A DNA stretch of 64,000 nt from Ignavibacteriota bacterium (GTDB lineage: Bacteria; Bacteroidota; Ignavibacteria; UBA10030), in NCBI GenBank assembly GCA_963701295.1, contig OY969585.1:1056001-1120000 (forward strand), read 5' to 3'. The notes beneath the pieces are model-generated. The model had not been told where the DNA came from, made no database searches, and saw only the letters and a list, made by a program, of their open reading frames with translations. How positions within the stretch are numbered: position 1 is the stretch's first letter; every line of letters begins with the position of its first letter. The position numbers and the translations under genes are program-made. This document shows, piece by piece, positions 1 to 10,458 of this stretch.

Positions 1-344
1 TTGGGATGAATAAGCAGGATCCACCCTGGCATTTTTTCCAAGTGACACAACCGGAGAGATTTGCCGGCTCAATTGAAATGATTGCATCTACACAACTGTA
101 TACGAGCAAGGTTGGAACAAGCCATTGGGGTTTCTCCGGACAAATCTTAGCACATCTGCCGCTCATTGAGTATGGCGAATATCTCGGTCTGAACTTCGGC
201 GTTGCCCGCTATACCATTGCAGGGATGTCATCAAACTATATTATCGGAGGGTTTTCAACTTTTTTTGGTTTTCTTCATTACAATATCAAATTTAGTCCGT
301 CTGACAAAATCTGGATGAATTCAATCGAACTTCGATTTTTCTAG
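1..344 (+). CDS. Hypothetical protein, probably the 3' part of a gene starting before the window (possible outer-membrane beta-barrel)
   Basis: Frame is open to the window edge; amphipathic beta-strand-like segments; C-terminal Phe (IELRFF); stop is 8 nt before the next gene. Confidence 0.45.
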   Translation, partial: GMNKQDPPWHFFQVTQPERFAGSIEMIASTQLYTSKVGTSHWGFSGQILAHLPLIEYGEYLGLNFGVARYTIAGMSSNYIIGGFSTFFGFLHYNIKFSPSDKIWMNSIELRFF

Positions 345-352
345 CCTTCGGT

Positions 353-1309
353 ATGAATTGCAAAAAACGTCTCCTGCGATTTGCTTGTTTTTCACTTTTT
401 ACTCTTCACTGTTCACTCATCGCCACAGGCTGTAATTCCTTCCTGACTCGTTTCATTGCAAAATCGTTCGAACAATTACCTGTTTCACCTGACACCGTAG
501 AAGCAAAGATTGAACATCCTGTTTTTCCGCAAGTTGGACTTTCAGTTCTATGGGTTGGTCATGCAACATGCTTGATTCAAATTGGCGACAAAGTGTTCCT
601 CACAGACCCGATATTTACCAACACAGCGGGTATGATTTCCAAACGCCGGATAGAACCGGGCATTCTGCCATCATCGATTGATCGATTAGATTACATCCTC
701 ATCTCGCATATACATTTCGATCATTTGAGCTATAGTAGTCTGTCGTTGCTGCCCAAAACTGCAATAATGCTTCTTCCACCGGGTGGCGTAGAATATACTC
801 CAGAGTTCGGTTTTTCAGAATACCGGGAAATGAATCCATGGACGACATTTGAAGCGGATGGTGTACGAATTACCGCCGTTCCTGTGAAACATTTTGATGG
901 ACGATACGGATTTGATGTCGCTTGGCTGGATCATCATACGTACACGGGTTATGTGATTGAGTACCAAGGAAAAACTGTATTCTTTGCCGGCGACACCGGC
1001 TATGATCCGGAGATGTTTAAAGAAATAGGGAGGAAGTTCGCCATCGATATAGCGCTCATTCCCATCGCGCCAATTGAGCCGCACGATTTCATGATGCGAG
1101 TGCATACAGATCCAAAGGAAGCATTGCAGATTTTTGAAGACGTTGGAGCCAAGTTCATGATTCCTATCCACCATCGCACGTTTATGCAAGGGCTGGATTC
1201 TTCATTGACGCTCGCACAGGATCAATTGAAACTACTTGTTTCTGAAAGACATATCGAAAACCGCGTGATGATATTTAGGATCGGTGAGCAGCGAATTTTT
1301 GTGCCGTAG
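353..1309 (+). CDS. MBL-fold metallo-hydrolase (NAPE-PLD/RomA-like), predicted lipoprotein
   Basis: WVGHAT, LTDP, SHIHFDH (HxHxDH), FAGDTGY, PIHH motifs; lipobox-like ATGC. Confidence 0.85.
   Translation: MNCKKRLLRFACFSLFTLHCSLIATGCNSFLTRFIAKSFEQLPVSPDTVEAKIEHPVFPQVGLSVLWVGHATCLIQIGDKVFLTDPIFTNTAGMISKRRIEPGILPSSIDRLDYILISHIHFDHLSYSSLSLLPKTAIMLLPPGGVEYTPEFGFSEYREMNPWTTFEADGVRITAVPVKHFDGRYGFDVAWLDHHTYTGYVIEYQGKTVFFAGDTGYDPEMFKEIGRKFAIDIALIPIAPIEPHDFMMRVHTDPKEALQIFEDVGAKFMIPIHHRTFMQGLDSSLTLAQDQLKLLVSERHIENRVMIFRIGEQRIFVP
389..423 (+). repeat. Degenerate heptad tandem repeat inside the signal-peptide coding region
   Basis: TTTTCAC TTTTTAC TCTTCAC TGTTCAC TCATCGC. Confidence 0.6.
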
Positions 1310-1436
1310 ATTTGTTTGTTCAAAACTGAAAAAGCAGTAATGCTGCGCTCTCTTCATAAATAAATTAGGACTGCAAAATAATATGATCCTCGTTTTTGTA
1401 GACGAGACAATCACCAGACCGCCAATGACATCACCG

Positions 1437-2573
1437 TTACCGTATTAAAATCATTTTACAGGATTTCACATTTGTTCCTATGGCGATGCGATAGAAATAT
1501 ATGCCCGATGAAAGTGTCTTTGCGTCAAAGGGCACTTGATAATTTCCTGCTTGCTGTTCTGCATTGACCAGAGTAGTCACATATTGACCCAGAATATTAA
1601 ATACTTCAAGTCGCACATTGGATTTTGTTGGCAGTTGATATTTGATCGTCGTCGATGGATTGAACGGGTTAGGATAATTCTGCGATAAAATTATTTCCTT
1701 TGGAAATGAATTGAAATTATCTCTCTCTATGCTGCTCGTATTTGTCTTGGATTGCGAAAACACCCATGGTAAAAGGAAAATACTATTATATGCTGTATCC
1801 CAGATTGCGTGACTGCCATACTCGTATTCTGTATAAATAAGTCTTGCACCATTTTTGAGTGTATCGGCAATCACGCTATCGGGGAGCCCTGTACAATCCC
1901 CATTGCGGCAATTTGTATAGACAACTGTGGCACCTGCGTTTTCAAGTGCGGTCATCATGTCTCTTGAGTATTGCACGGGGACAGTACCATCCTTAGCACC
2001 ATGGAAATCCCATATTGGAACATGTTTGATCAATCTCGCCTGAGAGGTATCTCCTCCTCCACTCATTGGAATAGCAGCCGCGAACTTGTTCGGAAAACGA
2101 ACAATCAAATCCCATGTTGCGTATCCACCCATCGAAAGGCCTGTGATATACATGCGGTTTGTATCAACGGAAAATTCAATCAAGAGAGAATCCAATATAT
2201 CGTTGACGGTGAGTATGATATTCGAAGTGGTCCACCACCCATCAGCCGGGCATTGTGGAACAACAATGAAACAAGGCCAGCGTGTTTGGTTAGAATCTCT
2301 TGCCCATACGATAGCCATACTATTTTTCTTCACGGCAGAAGGATCATCGCCCCTTTCACCGGCTCCATGCAAACAGAGCACAAGGGGGTATTGAATTTTA
2401 GGATCGTAGGACACCGGCACGAATATGTAAAAGGGAAGCGTCGTGCTCTGAAAAGTGTGATACTCCTTGGTGAACTTGTTGAAGATACTATCAACGGATT
2501 GAGCATGAATTATTCCAGAAACACAACTGGTTATTATAAGCCATGCGAAAACCAACCTCCTGAAGTTATTCAT
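1437..2573 (-). CDS. Secreted alpha/beta-hydrolase (esterase/peptidase) with T9SS C-terminal sorting domain
   Basis: Signal peptide; LHGAGERG; nucleophile elbow GLSMGG; FHGAKD; C-terminal QNYPNPFNPST...SSGIYFY domain. Confidence 0.85.
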   Translation of the reverse strand: MNNFRRLVFAWLIITSCVSGIIHAQSVDSIFNKFTKEYHTFQSTTLPFYIFVPVSYDPKIQYPLVLCLHGAGERGDDPSAVKKNSMAIVWARDSNQTRWPCFIVVPQCPADGWWTTSNIILTVNDILDSLLIEFSVDTNRMYITGLSMGGYATWDLIVRFPNKFAAAIPMSGGGDTSQARLIKHVPIWDFHGAKDGTVPVQYSRDMMTALENAGATVVYTNCRNGDCTGLPDSVIADTLKNGARLIYTEYEYGSHAIWDTAYNSIFLLPWVFSQSKTNTSSIERDNFNSFPKEIILSQNYPNPFNPSTTIKYQLPTKSNVRLEVFNILGQYVTTLVNAEQQAGNYQVPFDAKTLSSGIYFYRIAIGTNVKSCKMILIR

Positions 2574-2851
2574 CTCGTTCCTTTGTAAAAATTGAAAATC
2601 GGCAATTGCAGCTATTGTTTTTATAATATGGACTGTAACGATTTTCGAAACATATCACTTTCAAGGTACAACTTACTTTGAGGAAAAGCACCATTGCTCA
2701 GGAAGGAAAAGAAGTTTGTCCGCTTGTTCCTCCCATCCAAATATTCATCGGTTAAATTCCTCTCTGTTTTCTCAAGCTTTTCGTTGATTCTCCTTCAACT
2801 TCTCATTACATTTCAACGTCATCGTGAGGTGCTTACTCTGGCAAAAGTGGA

Positions 2852-3469
2852 ATGAACATCGCGATCTTCGCCTCCGGGCGCGGCTCTAACTTTCAAGCAA
2901 TTCTCAGCGCAATCGATGCCGGTCTTCTGTCGGCGCGCATCACCGTACTTATCAGCAACAAGTCCGATGCAGGCGCATTAGATATTGCACGCGCTCGTAA
3001 AATTCAAACAAGTCACCTCTCGCAGAAAATGTTTCCGTCGGAGGAAGCGCTTACCGAGGCGATGCTTAATGTGTTATCCCAGCAGAGAGCAGAACTTCTT
3101 GTGCTCGCAGGATATTTGAAGAAAATTCCATTGCAGGTGGTACGACGATACCGTAACCGCATTGTGAATATTCATCCTGCGTTGCTGCCGTTGTTTGGCG
3201 GATCGGGAATGTACGGTCACTTTGTACACGAAGCAGTCATTGCGAGTGGTATGAAAGTTTCCGGCGCTACGGTTCATCTTGTAGACGAAGAATATGATCG
3301 CGGTCCGATTGTGATGCAAAAAACTGTCGAAATCATTCAAGAGGACACTCCAGATTTGCTCACTGCAAAAGTGTTAAAAATTGAACATGAAATTTATCCT
3401 TTAGCAATAAAAGCGTTTGCTGAAGGGAAAATAAAAATTGAAGGAAGAAAAGCTTGGATAACGTTATAA
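2852..3469 (+). CDS. purN: Phosphoribosylglycinamide formyltransferase
   Basis: [33 protein letters not shown] motifs. Confidence 0.97.
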   Translation: MNIAIFASGRGSNFQAILSAIDAGLLSARITVLISNKSDAGALDIARARKIQTSHLSQKMFPSEEALTEAMLNVLSQQRAELLVLAGYLKKIPLQVVRRYRNRIVNIHPALLPLFGGSGMYGHFVHEAVIASGMKVSGATVHLVDEEYDRGPIVMQKTVEIIQEDTPDLLTAKVLKIEHEIYPLAIKAFAEGKIKIEGRKAWITL

Positions 3470-5052
3470 TTTTGGATCCTTTTTCAAAGCCAACTTCATC
3501 AGATTTCGGCCCATTGTTGAAAATTCGGCGTGCGCTGATAAGTGTATCGGATAAAAAGGGAATCGTCGAATTTGCAAAAGCATTGAAAGAATTCGGCGTC
3601 GAAATAATTTCCACCGGTGGAACATTTACTGTATTGAAAAACGCCGGCATCGATGTGAAATCGGTGTCAGATGTGACAGGTTTCCCGGAGATTCTTGATG
3701 GCCGCGTGAAGACTCTGCACCCGATCATTCATGGCGGCATTCTTGCGGTGCTCGACAATCCATCGCATCGTGAGCAACTGCAGAAACATAACATTGAACC
3801 GATCGATCTCGTGGTCGTGAACTTGTATCCGTTCGAACAAACCATCGCTGCTGAGAATGTGAAGCTCGACGAAGCCATTGAACAAATCGATATCGGCGGA
3901 CCGGCGATGGTGCGTTCGTCCTCAAAGAATTTCAAGCACACTGCCGTAGTTGTCAATCCCAATTTGTACGGCGTCGTATTGGAAGAAATGCGTGAGAACG
4001 ACGGTGCGCTCACTGTGCAAACACGTTTCCAGCTTGCATGCCGTGCGTTCCAGCACACCGCTCATTACGATGCAGTCATTGCATCGTATCTTGCTGGGCT
4101 GACGCCGCAGAACATACTGCCCAATTCCATTACCTTGTCGTTGATGAAGGAACAGCCAATGCGATATGGTGAAAATCCCCACCAATCGGCTGCGCTCTAT
4201 GGAAAATTTGGCGAGCATTTTCAGAAACTGCACGGTAAAGAACTTTCCTATAATAATATCTTAGATATCAACGCGGCAGCACTCCTGTGCGCAGAGTTTG
4301 ATGAACCAACTGTTGTCATTGTAAAACATAATAACCCTTGCGGTGTTGCCTCCGATGCAGTTCTCGTTGAAGCTTACAAGAAAGCATTGGCGACCGATAC
4401 CAAGTCGGCATTTGGCGGTATTGTCTGTGTAAATCGTCCGCTCGATCGTACAACCGCAGAGGCTATCAATGAAATTTTCACCGAAGTTGTTATTGCTCCG
4501 GACTATGAACGAGGAGTTTTGGAACTTCTGACGAAAAAGAAAGATCGCCGGTTGATGAAGCAAACATCCAATCTTCGCAAAATGCGGGAGTTGGATATCC
4601 GTACGGTCGTTGGCGGTGCGTTGGTTCAAGAACCGGATCAGCACCGTATTCATCCAACCGATTTGAAGGTTGTTACTAAACGTCAACCGACGGACGAAGA
4701 AATGCGGGCGCTGTTGTTTGCGTGGCGCGTTGCAAAGCACGTGAAATCGAACGCTATCGTATACACATTAGGTGATCGAACACTCGGTATCGGTGCAGGA
4801 CAAATGTCGCGTGTCGATTCATCCAAGATCGCCGCGATGAAAGCTACAGACGCTGGATTTGATTTACACGGCTGTGCAGTCTCATCCGATGCATTCTTCC
4901 CGTTTGCAGATGGATTGTTGGAAGCGGTAAAAGTAGGCGCAACTGCAGTTATTCAGCCTGGGGGTTCTGTGCGCGATGAAGAAGTTATCAAAGCAGCAGA
5001 CGAATATGGTGTGGCGATGGTTTTCACCGGCATTCGACATTTTAGACATTAA
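3454..5052 (+). CDS. purH: Bifunctional AICAR transformylase/IMP cyclohydrolase (true start may be the TTG near 3514-3517)
   Basis: [61 protein letters not shown]. Confidence 0.97.
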   Translation: MDNVIILDPFSKPTSSDFGPLLKIRRALISVSDKKGIVEFAKALKEFGVEIISTGGTFTVLKNAGIDVKSVSDVTGFPEILDGRVKTLHPIIHGGILAVLDNPSHREQLQKHNIEPIDLVVVNLYPFEQTIAAENVKLDEAIEQIDIGGPAMVRSSSKNFKHTAVVVNPNLYGVVLEEMRENDGALTVQTRFQLACRAFQHTAHYDAVIASYLAGLTPQNILPNSITLSLMKEQPMRYGENPHQSAALYGKFGEHFQKLHGKELSYNNILDINAAALLCAEFDEPTVVIVKHNNPCGVASDAVLVEAYKKALATDTKSAFGGIVCVNRPLDRTTAEAINEIFTEVVIAPDYERGVLELLTKKKDRRLMKQTSNLRKMRELDIRTVVGGALVQEPDQHRIHPTDLKVVTKRQPTDEEMRALLFAWRVAKHVKSNAIVYTLGDRTLGIGAGQMSRVDSSKIAAMKATDAGFDLHGCAVSSDAFFPFADGLLEAVKVGATAVIQPGGSVRDEEVIKAADEYGVAMVFTGIRHFRH

Positions 5053-5093
5053 ATGATACTTTTGTTCACTTTCTAATTAGTCATTGGATACTC

Positions 5094-6140
5094 ATGGGAC
5101 TCTTTTCATTATTTTCTGCTGACCTTGCCATTGATCTTGGCACTGCAAACACTGTCATTTGGATGAAGGGCAAAGGCATCATCCTGAATGAACCTTCCAT
5201 CGTCGCGTTCGATCGAAACACGAAGCGTATTATTGCTATTGGCAATGAGGCGCGTGAGATGCTCGGCCGTACGCATAAAGATATCCGCACAATCCGTCCA
5301 ATGAAAGACGGTGTGATAGCGGATTTTGAAATCGCTGAAGGTATGTTACGTGAGTTTATCAAGAAAATCAGCGCGGGCTGGGTGCCGAGCAGGCGCATCA
5401 TCGTGTCAGTACCATCTGGCATTACGGAAGTGGAAAAGCGCGCTGTGCGCGATTCTGCCGAGCATGCCGGAGCGAAAGAAGTACATTTACTTGCCGAACC
5501 CATGGCAGCCGCCATCGGTGTCGGTTTAGATGTCGATGCACCGGTTGGTAATATGGTCGTCGATATTGGCGGCGGCACGACGGAAATTGCTGTCATCGCA
5601 TTGTCCGGTATTGTCAATGAAGAATCGCGGCGCGTTGCTGGCGATGAGATGAACGAGTCGATCATCCAATTCTTCAAACGGAACCACAACATTTTGATTG
5701 GTGAGCGAACCGCCGAGGCTATTAAGTGCGAAGTCGGATCAGCAATGCCTCTCAAAGAAGAAATCACCATTCAAGTAAAGGGCCGCGATCTTGTCAATGG
5801 CATACCGAAAACAACAGAAGTAAGTTCCGTTGAAATACGTGAAGCACTCAACGAACCGATTGCACAAATTGTAGAGGGTGTGAAGATCACACTGGAACGC
5901 ACTCCGCCAGAACTCTCCGCCGATATTCTCGACCGTGGTATTATGCTTACCGGCGGTGGTGCCTTACTAAAAGGTCTTGACGAACGACTTCGTCTTGAGA
6001 CCAATCTTCCCGTCCACGTTGCCGAAGAACCATTGCTGGCTGTTGTGCGCGGCACCGGCAAGGTAATGGAGAATATGGAAAAGTACTCCAAAGTTCTGCT
6101 CAAGGGAAAGCGGTACCAGAAATTTCGAAAATCGAATTGA
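5094..6140 (+). CDS. mreB: Rod shape-determining protein MreB
   Basis: AIDLGTANT, EPMAAAIG, DIGGGTTE, LTGGGALL. Confidence 0.97.
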   Translation: MGLFSLFSADLAIDLGTANTVIWMKGKGIILNEPSIVAFDRNTKRIIAIGNEAREMLGRTHKDIRTIRPMKDGVIADFEIAEGMLREFIKKISAGWVPSRRIIVSVPSGITEVEKRAVRDSAEHAGAKEVHLLAEPMAAAIGVGLDVDAPVGNMVVDIGGGTTEIAVIALSGIVNEESRRVAGDEMNESIIQFFKRNHNILIGERTAEAIKCEVGSAMPLKEEITIQVKGRDLVNGIPKTTEVSSVEIREALNEPIAQIVEGVKITLERTPPELSADILDRGIMLTGGGALLKGLDERLRLETNLPVHVAEEPLLAVVRGTGKVMENMEKYSKVLLKGKRYQKFRKSN

Positions 6141-6563
6141 CAATTGCGAATTAATGCAATATAACGATGCATTCAGATGATTTAAAACAACGAACAAAGC
6201 AATTTGCAATTAACATTTTTCGATTGATTGAATCATTACCATCCAGCCATTCTATTGATATCATCGGAAAACAACTAATGCGGGCTGCATCATCGGTTGA
6301 TGCAAATTATCGAGCTGCTTGTCGAGCGCGATCAAAAGCCGATTTTATTTCAAAGATAATGGTTGTTGAAGAAGAAGCGGACGAGTGTCAGTATTGGCTC
6401 GAGTTATTCCATGAATTGGGAAATCACAAACCAACATCCATTGAATTGCTCCTTAAAGAAGCAAAAGAGTTAACTGCTATTTTTTCTGCTTCCGGTAAAA
6501 CATCTAAAAAAAGGTGATAAAAATTTTATTTCGCAATTGGCAATCCGAAATCCGCCATTAGAA
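6121..6563. repeat. Inverted heptad-repeat arms flanking the four-helix-bundle gene
   Basis: 6133-6152 CGAATTGACAATTGCGAATT is 17/20 complementary to 6528-6547 ATTTCGCAATTGGCAATCCG; both arms are built of AAT-phased 7-mers. Confidence 0.7.
6167..6517 (+). CDS. Four-helix-bundle protein (23S rRNA IVP / TIGR02436-like)
   Basis: DLKQRTKQFA...QLMRAASSV.ANYRAACRARS.ADFISK...EEEADE..YWLEL family signature. Confidence 0.9.
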   Translation: MHSDDLKQRTKQFAINIFRLIESLPSSHSIDIIGKQLMRAASSVDANYRAACRARSKADFISKIMVVEEEADECQYWLELFHELGNHKPTSIELLLKEAKELTAIFSASGKTSKKR

Positions 6564-6564
6564 A

Positions 6565-7404
6565 ATGTTTCAACGTTTCTACAATATTCTTTATGAATTC
6601 CGAGAGTATGCCATTCTCACCGGCTTAGTTGTGCTTTCTGTTTTCCTGATGTCATTGAACGACAATCCTCAGATAAAACAGATTCGCACAATTTCAACAG
6701 TGGTGTTCGGAGTAATGCAGGAAAAACTGAGTTTCATCCCTACATACTTCGGACTTAAATCTGAGAACGAACTTCTTCGCCATATCAATATCGAACTCGC
6801 AGATGAAGCACAACGGCTTCGTGAAGCAAAGCTCGAAAATCTTCGGCTTCACCAGCTGTTGGAATTGAAAAATCAATTACCATATACATTGATAGCGGGC
6901 CGTGTCGTCAATAAAAATCTTTCTCTTCTCCGCAACACGATTACACTTGATGTTGGTCTCACAGACGGCATTCAGGAGCGCATGCCGGTAGTGAGCAGTG
7001 GTGGATTGGTCGGTGTTGTCACATCGGTCACGAAGCATTTTTCCACTGTGAATATTCTCATCAACACGGATTTCCGTGTAAGCGCCAAAGTCCAACGCAG
7101 CCGGGTGGATGGAATTATTGCTTGGGATGGGAAAACCTTTGCTCTCAAGAACATACCAAAGATGCGAGATGTCAAAATTGGAGATTTAATAACTACTTCC
7201 GAATATGGTAATACTTTCCCATCGAACATTCGCATCGGAATTGTTAGCGATGTACACGATCAAGAAAGCTCGCTTTTCAAATCCGTTACTATGACACCTA
7301 GTGTGGACTTTGTTAAGCTGGAAGAGGTGTTTGTGATAATTTCCGCACCAGACGCGGAGCGAGTAGAACTCGAGCAGCGTTCCATTCCGCATACCAGTAG
7401 ATGA
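6565..7404 (+). CDS. mreC: Rod shape-determining protein MreC
   Basis: N-terminal TM, coiled coil (ENELLR...ENLRL..LL), GLVG, TTSEYG.TFP; downstream of mreB. Confidence 0.93.
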   Translation: MFQRFYNILYEFREYAILTGLVVLSVFLMSLNDNPQIKQIRTISTVVFGVMQEKLSFIPTYFGLKSENELLRHINIELADEAQRLREAKLENLRLHQLLELKNQLPYTLIAGRVVNKNLSLLRNTITLDVGLTDGIQERMPVVSSGGLVGVVTSVTKHFSTVNILINTDFRVSAKVQRSRVDGIIAWDGKTFALKNIPKMRDVKIGDLITTSEYGNTFPSNIRIGIVSDVHDQESSLFKSVTMTPSVDFVKLEEVFVIISAPDAERVELEQRSIPHTSR

Positions 7405-7538
7405 CTGGACAACCTTAGTAAGGTTTTTATTTGAGTTCAATAATCAAACGACGGACTTGATCGCCTATTTCTTGCATCTTGCTCGTTTTTCCGTTACTTT
7501 ATTTACAAAATAATTCGCAAATACTAGTGAATGCATTG

Positions 7539-8510
7539 ATGGCAAAGCTCAAAACAGAAAAGCCCAGCAAATCGCAAGTTCCGTATGTCTCCATTGTCAT
7601 TCCCCTTCTGAATGAAGAAGAATCATTGCGCGAGTTATTTTCGCATATCAGAGAGACGATGCGACGGATAAACAAGCGCTATGAAGTCATCTTTGTTGAT
7701 GACGGAAGTATAGATAATTCATTTAAAGTGTTAGCCATATTACACGCTGAGCATCCGGATAATGTAAAAGTGATTCGCTTTCGGCGAAATTTTGGTAAGT
7801 CGGCAGCGCTTTCGGCAGGCTTCAAAGAAGCAAAAGGCGACTTTGTTATTACGATGGACGCCGATTTGCAGGATGATCCCAAAGAAATCCCATTGCTCAT
7901 CGAAGCATTGGGTGATTCGTACGATCTTGTATCGGGATGGAAGAAAAAGAGACACGATTCTGCCATCTTCACGTTGCCATCACGTATCGCTAACGCTATT
8001 ACAAGTAAGTTAACTGGATTGTGTATTCATGATCTGAATTGTGGCTTAAAAATATATCGAAACGAGGTTGTAAAGGAATTGAAAATTTATGGCGATCTCT
8101 ATCGCTATATTCCTATTTTGGTGCATCAAGCCGGTTTTCGTGTGGGAGAGAAAGTTGTTCAACATCATCCACGAAAGTACGGACACTCAAAATATACCGT
8201 TGGGAAATTTTATCGTGGCTTTCTTGATTTGCTGACAATTCTTTTCACTGCAAAGTACATTCGCCGTCCACTTCATCTTTTTGGCATTTGGGGGCTTATC
8301 TCATTACTTATTGGTGGTGCAATAGATACATATCTTTCTGCTGAATGGTTTTTAGGACTTACAGTTTTAAGCAACCGCCCGCTTTTCATTGTTGGAATTC
8401 TATTTATTATTGTAGGCATTCAATTTATTTCTCTTGGCTTATTAGGAGAAATGATTTCGCGCCAAGGACAGGATGAGGAAACATATTCCATTCGTAGCAT
8501 TCTCAAATGA
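7539..8510 (+). CDS. GT2 glycosyltransferase (polyprenol-phosphate sugar synthase, ArnC/DPM1-like)
   Basis: VIPLLNEE, VDDGS, RNFGKSAAL, MDADLQDDP, two C-terminal TMs; start trimmed to ATG 7539. Confidence 0.88.
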   Translation: MAKLKTEKPSKSQVPYVSIVIPLLNEEESLRELFSHIRETMRRINKRYEVIFVDDGSIDNSFKVLAILHAEHPDNVKVIRFRRNFGKSAALSAGFKEAKGDFVITMDADLQDDPKEIPLLIEALGDSYDLVSGWKKKRHDSAIFTLPSRIANAITSKLTGLCIHDLNCGLKIYRNEVVKELKIYGDLYRYIPILVHQAGFRVGEKVVQHHPRKYGHSKYTVGKFYRGFLDLLTILFTAKYIRRPLHLFGIWGLISLLIGGAIDTYLSAEWFLGLTVLSNRPLFIVGILFIIVGIQFISLGLLGEMISRQGQDEETYSIRSILK

Positions 8511-8536
8511 TGTATGGATATGAATTCTTCTACAAA

Positions 8537-8715
8537 TATCTTGCCAATACCAATCATCTTGGTTTGTGGTTTAGGAGCACCATGAAGTTGCTTCTGCTGA
8601 TACCGCTTATTTAGTTTCTTGACTGTCTTCCAATCAGGGCGAAACTCTCGGGCAGCATCGCTGATGGTCGAGCTCCGGTAGCGTTCTCCGATATGCATCG
8701 GTCAGGCGTTTGTGC
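8537..8715 (-). mobile_element. ISL3-family transposase remnant
   Basis: Minus-strand HIGERYRSSTISDAAREFRPDWKTVKKLNKRYQQKQL...KMIGIGKI resembles the ISL3 HTH-to-'IGIDE' region, with the catalytic DE degenerate; no full ORF. Confidence 0.6.
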
Positions 8716-8820
8716 TTGCTCATAAATTTCAACAGATAATTTGTTATAGCTAAGACACACAAATACCTTGGTACTATTATTGATTGCTATTCATTTTTGT
8801 GCTATAATTTACCCACTCAT

Positions 8821-10458
8821 ATGGGAGAATACACCTCAAAAAAGAGGGATACAAGAGACCGCTATTCCTTCGGAGCGAAATTGGCACGTAGAGAAAAAGC
8901 AAAGGAAAAAACTGAACATTTCCGTATCAAGCTTTCAGAACGGCAATTGTGGCTTCTGACTGCTGGAACTGCGGCAGTGTACTTTATCTACTCCTTTTTC
9001 TCCAACGGATTCTATCAGCATGATGAAATTGCGCACTATTTGAACATGCTTGATTTTTGGGGCGATCCCAAAGTCATTCTCGGCAATTGGGCAAAGCCCG
9101 GATTCAAGTTATTGTATATTGTGCCGGCGCTCGGGGGGCATACTGCAGTATTAGTATTGAATTGTGTCGTAGCGGCGCTCGCTTGCTATATTGCATACAA
9201 AACTGCCCAAAAGCTCGGATCTGCATATCCGCTCTTTGCATTTCTGCTTCTTGCGCTTCAGCCCATGTGGTTGCAGCTTTCATTTCGGACATATTCTGAA
9301 CTCATCTCTGCACTGCTGTTCATTACAGCGGTCTATTTTCATCATAGCGAAAAGTATTTTGTATCGTCTTTGCTTCTCTCGTATGGAACGATGATTCGTC
9401 AGGAATTCATCATTATTGCTGCGTTGTACGGGCTCTATCTGCTCATGCAAAAAAGGATTGTAGCAGCCGCTTCGCTGGCGATATTTCCCATTCTTACGGA
9501 TCTCGCAGGTTTTCTTGCGACAGGCGATCCACTGTATCTGTACACTTCCACTCTAAAAACCGGAGCGACTTACGAGAGCAATTATCCTAAACAAGGATTT
9601 GAGCATTATTTTCTGATGGCGCCGACAATTTTTGGGCTTCTTGCGTTGAGCTTGTTGGTTCTCTATATCGCCTTGACTGTCTTTAAGAAAGAGAAGCCTG
9701 CCTATTTTCTAATTGTCCCTGCGGTCACGTATTTTCTCCTCCATTGTTTGTTCAACACGCAGAGTTTGACGATGGGAGCTTCGACAGGCGGAAACTTGCG
9801 ATATATGATTGTCATTGCACCCATTGTCGCTGTCCTTGGTAACCTCGCAATCGAGCGCTTCATGAAAATGCAGGATCGCTCCAAGGCTCTATTCTTTTTT
9901 GTTCCGTATCTGGCGGCGATCAGCATATGGACGACATATGCCCACAACAATGTTGTATTGCAGAGTGATGAACGGGATATGGCCCCGTTAGTGCTCGGAT
10001 TGGTGGCTGTGGGCGGAATTATGTTGTTCCGCAGTCCGCGTGCCGTTTTCAGCTTTCTGTCCATCTGCAGCATAGGTTTTGCATTGATCGTTGTCCACCC
10101 TATCCGACTTTCGACTGAAGACGCGCAGATTAAGGAAGTAGCGCGCTGGGCGCAACAAAACCAGATTGAATCTCAGCACGTGCTTGTGAACCACAGCGTG
10201 TTCTTCTATTTCTATGGAAAAAGTGCAGGCGGATTTTCCAATGGATCTGTCTCCATAGATTCTCACACGGTCGCGCAAGCGCCGGTCGGGTCCTATATTT
10301 TGTGGGATTCTCATTATTCATACCGCCCGGAGTGGAATCCTGAAGCCGTTCATTATAATTTCTTCCTCAACAAGCCCGCTCAATTCAAGTTGATGAAGGA
10401 GTTTATTTCAGCAGACAGACGGTTTGCAATGCTTTGTTTCCAGAAGATAGCTTCATGA
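8821..10458 (+). CDS. Polytopic membrane GT-C-like glycosyltransferase (ArnT/PMT-like)
   Basis: DE motif after the first TM (YQHDEIAHY), many TM helices, RQE and LRYM motifs; next to a GtrB-like GT2. Confidence 0.6.
   Translation: MGEYTSKKRDTRDRYSFGAKLARREKAKEKTEHFRIKLSERQLWLLTAGTAAVYFIYSFFSNGFYQHDEIAHYLNMLDFWGDPKVILGNWAKPGFKLLYIVPALGGHTAVLVLNCVVAALACYIAYKTAQKLGSAYPLFAFLLLALQPMWLQLSFRTYSELISALLFITAVYFHHSEKYFVSSLLLSYGTMIRQEFIIIAALYGLYLLMQKRIVAAASLAIFPILTDLAGFLATGDPLYLYTSTLKTGATYESNYPKQGFEHYFLMAPTIFGLLALSLLVLYIALTVFKKEKPAYFLIVPAVTYFLLHCLFNTQSLTMGASTGGNLRYMIVIAPIVAVLGNLAIERFMKMQDRSKALFFFVPYLAAISIWTTYAHNNVVLQSDERDMAPLVLGLVAVGGIMLFRSPRAVFSFLSICSIGFALIVVHPIRLSTEDAQIKEVARWAQQNQIESQHVLVNHSVFFYFYGKSAGGFSNGSVSIDSHTVAQAPVGSYILWDSHYSYRPEWNPEAVHYNFFLNKPAQFKLMKEFISADRRFAMLCFQKIAS

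Noticed and set aside
1971-2588. 205-aa plus-strand ORF
   Set aside because: Antisense shadow of the hydrolase gene
6111-6119. CGGTACCAG at the mreB end as a third GTAC-linked error (CAG for TAG)
   Set aside because: Plausible, but the ORF ends normally 7 codons later; it cannot be supported without reads or orthologues
5081-6172. Long antisense ORFs over mreB (5081-5770, 5771-6172)
   Set aside because: Shadow frames of a conserved gene, with no independent motifs
6167-6517. DGR accessory (Avd) gene or rRNA IVS
   Set aside because: No reverse transcriptase, TR/VR pair or rRNA nearby
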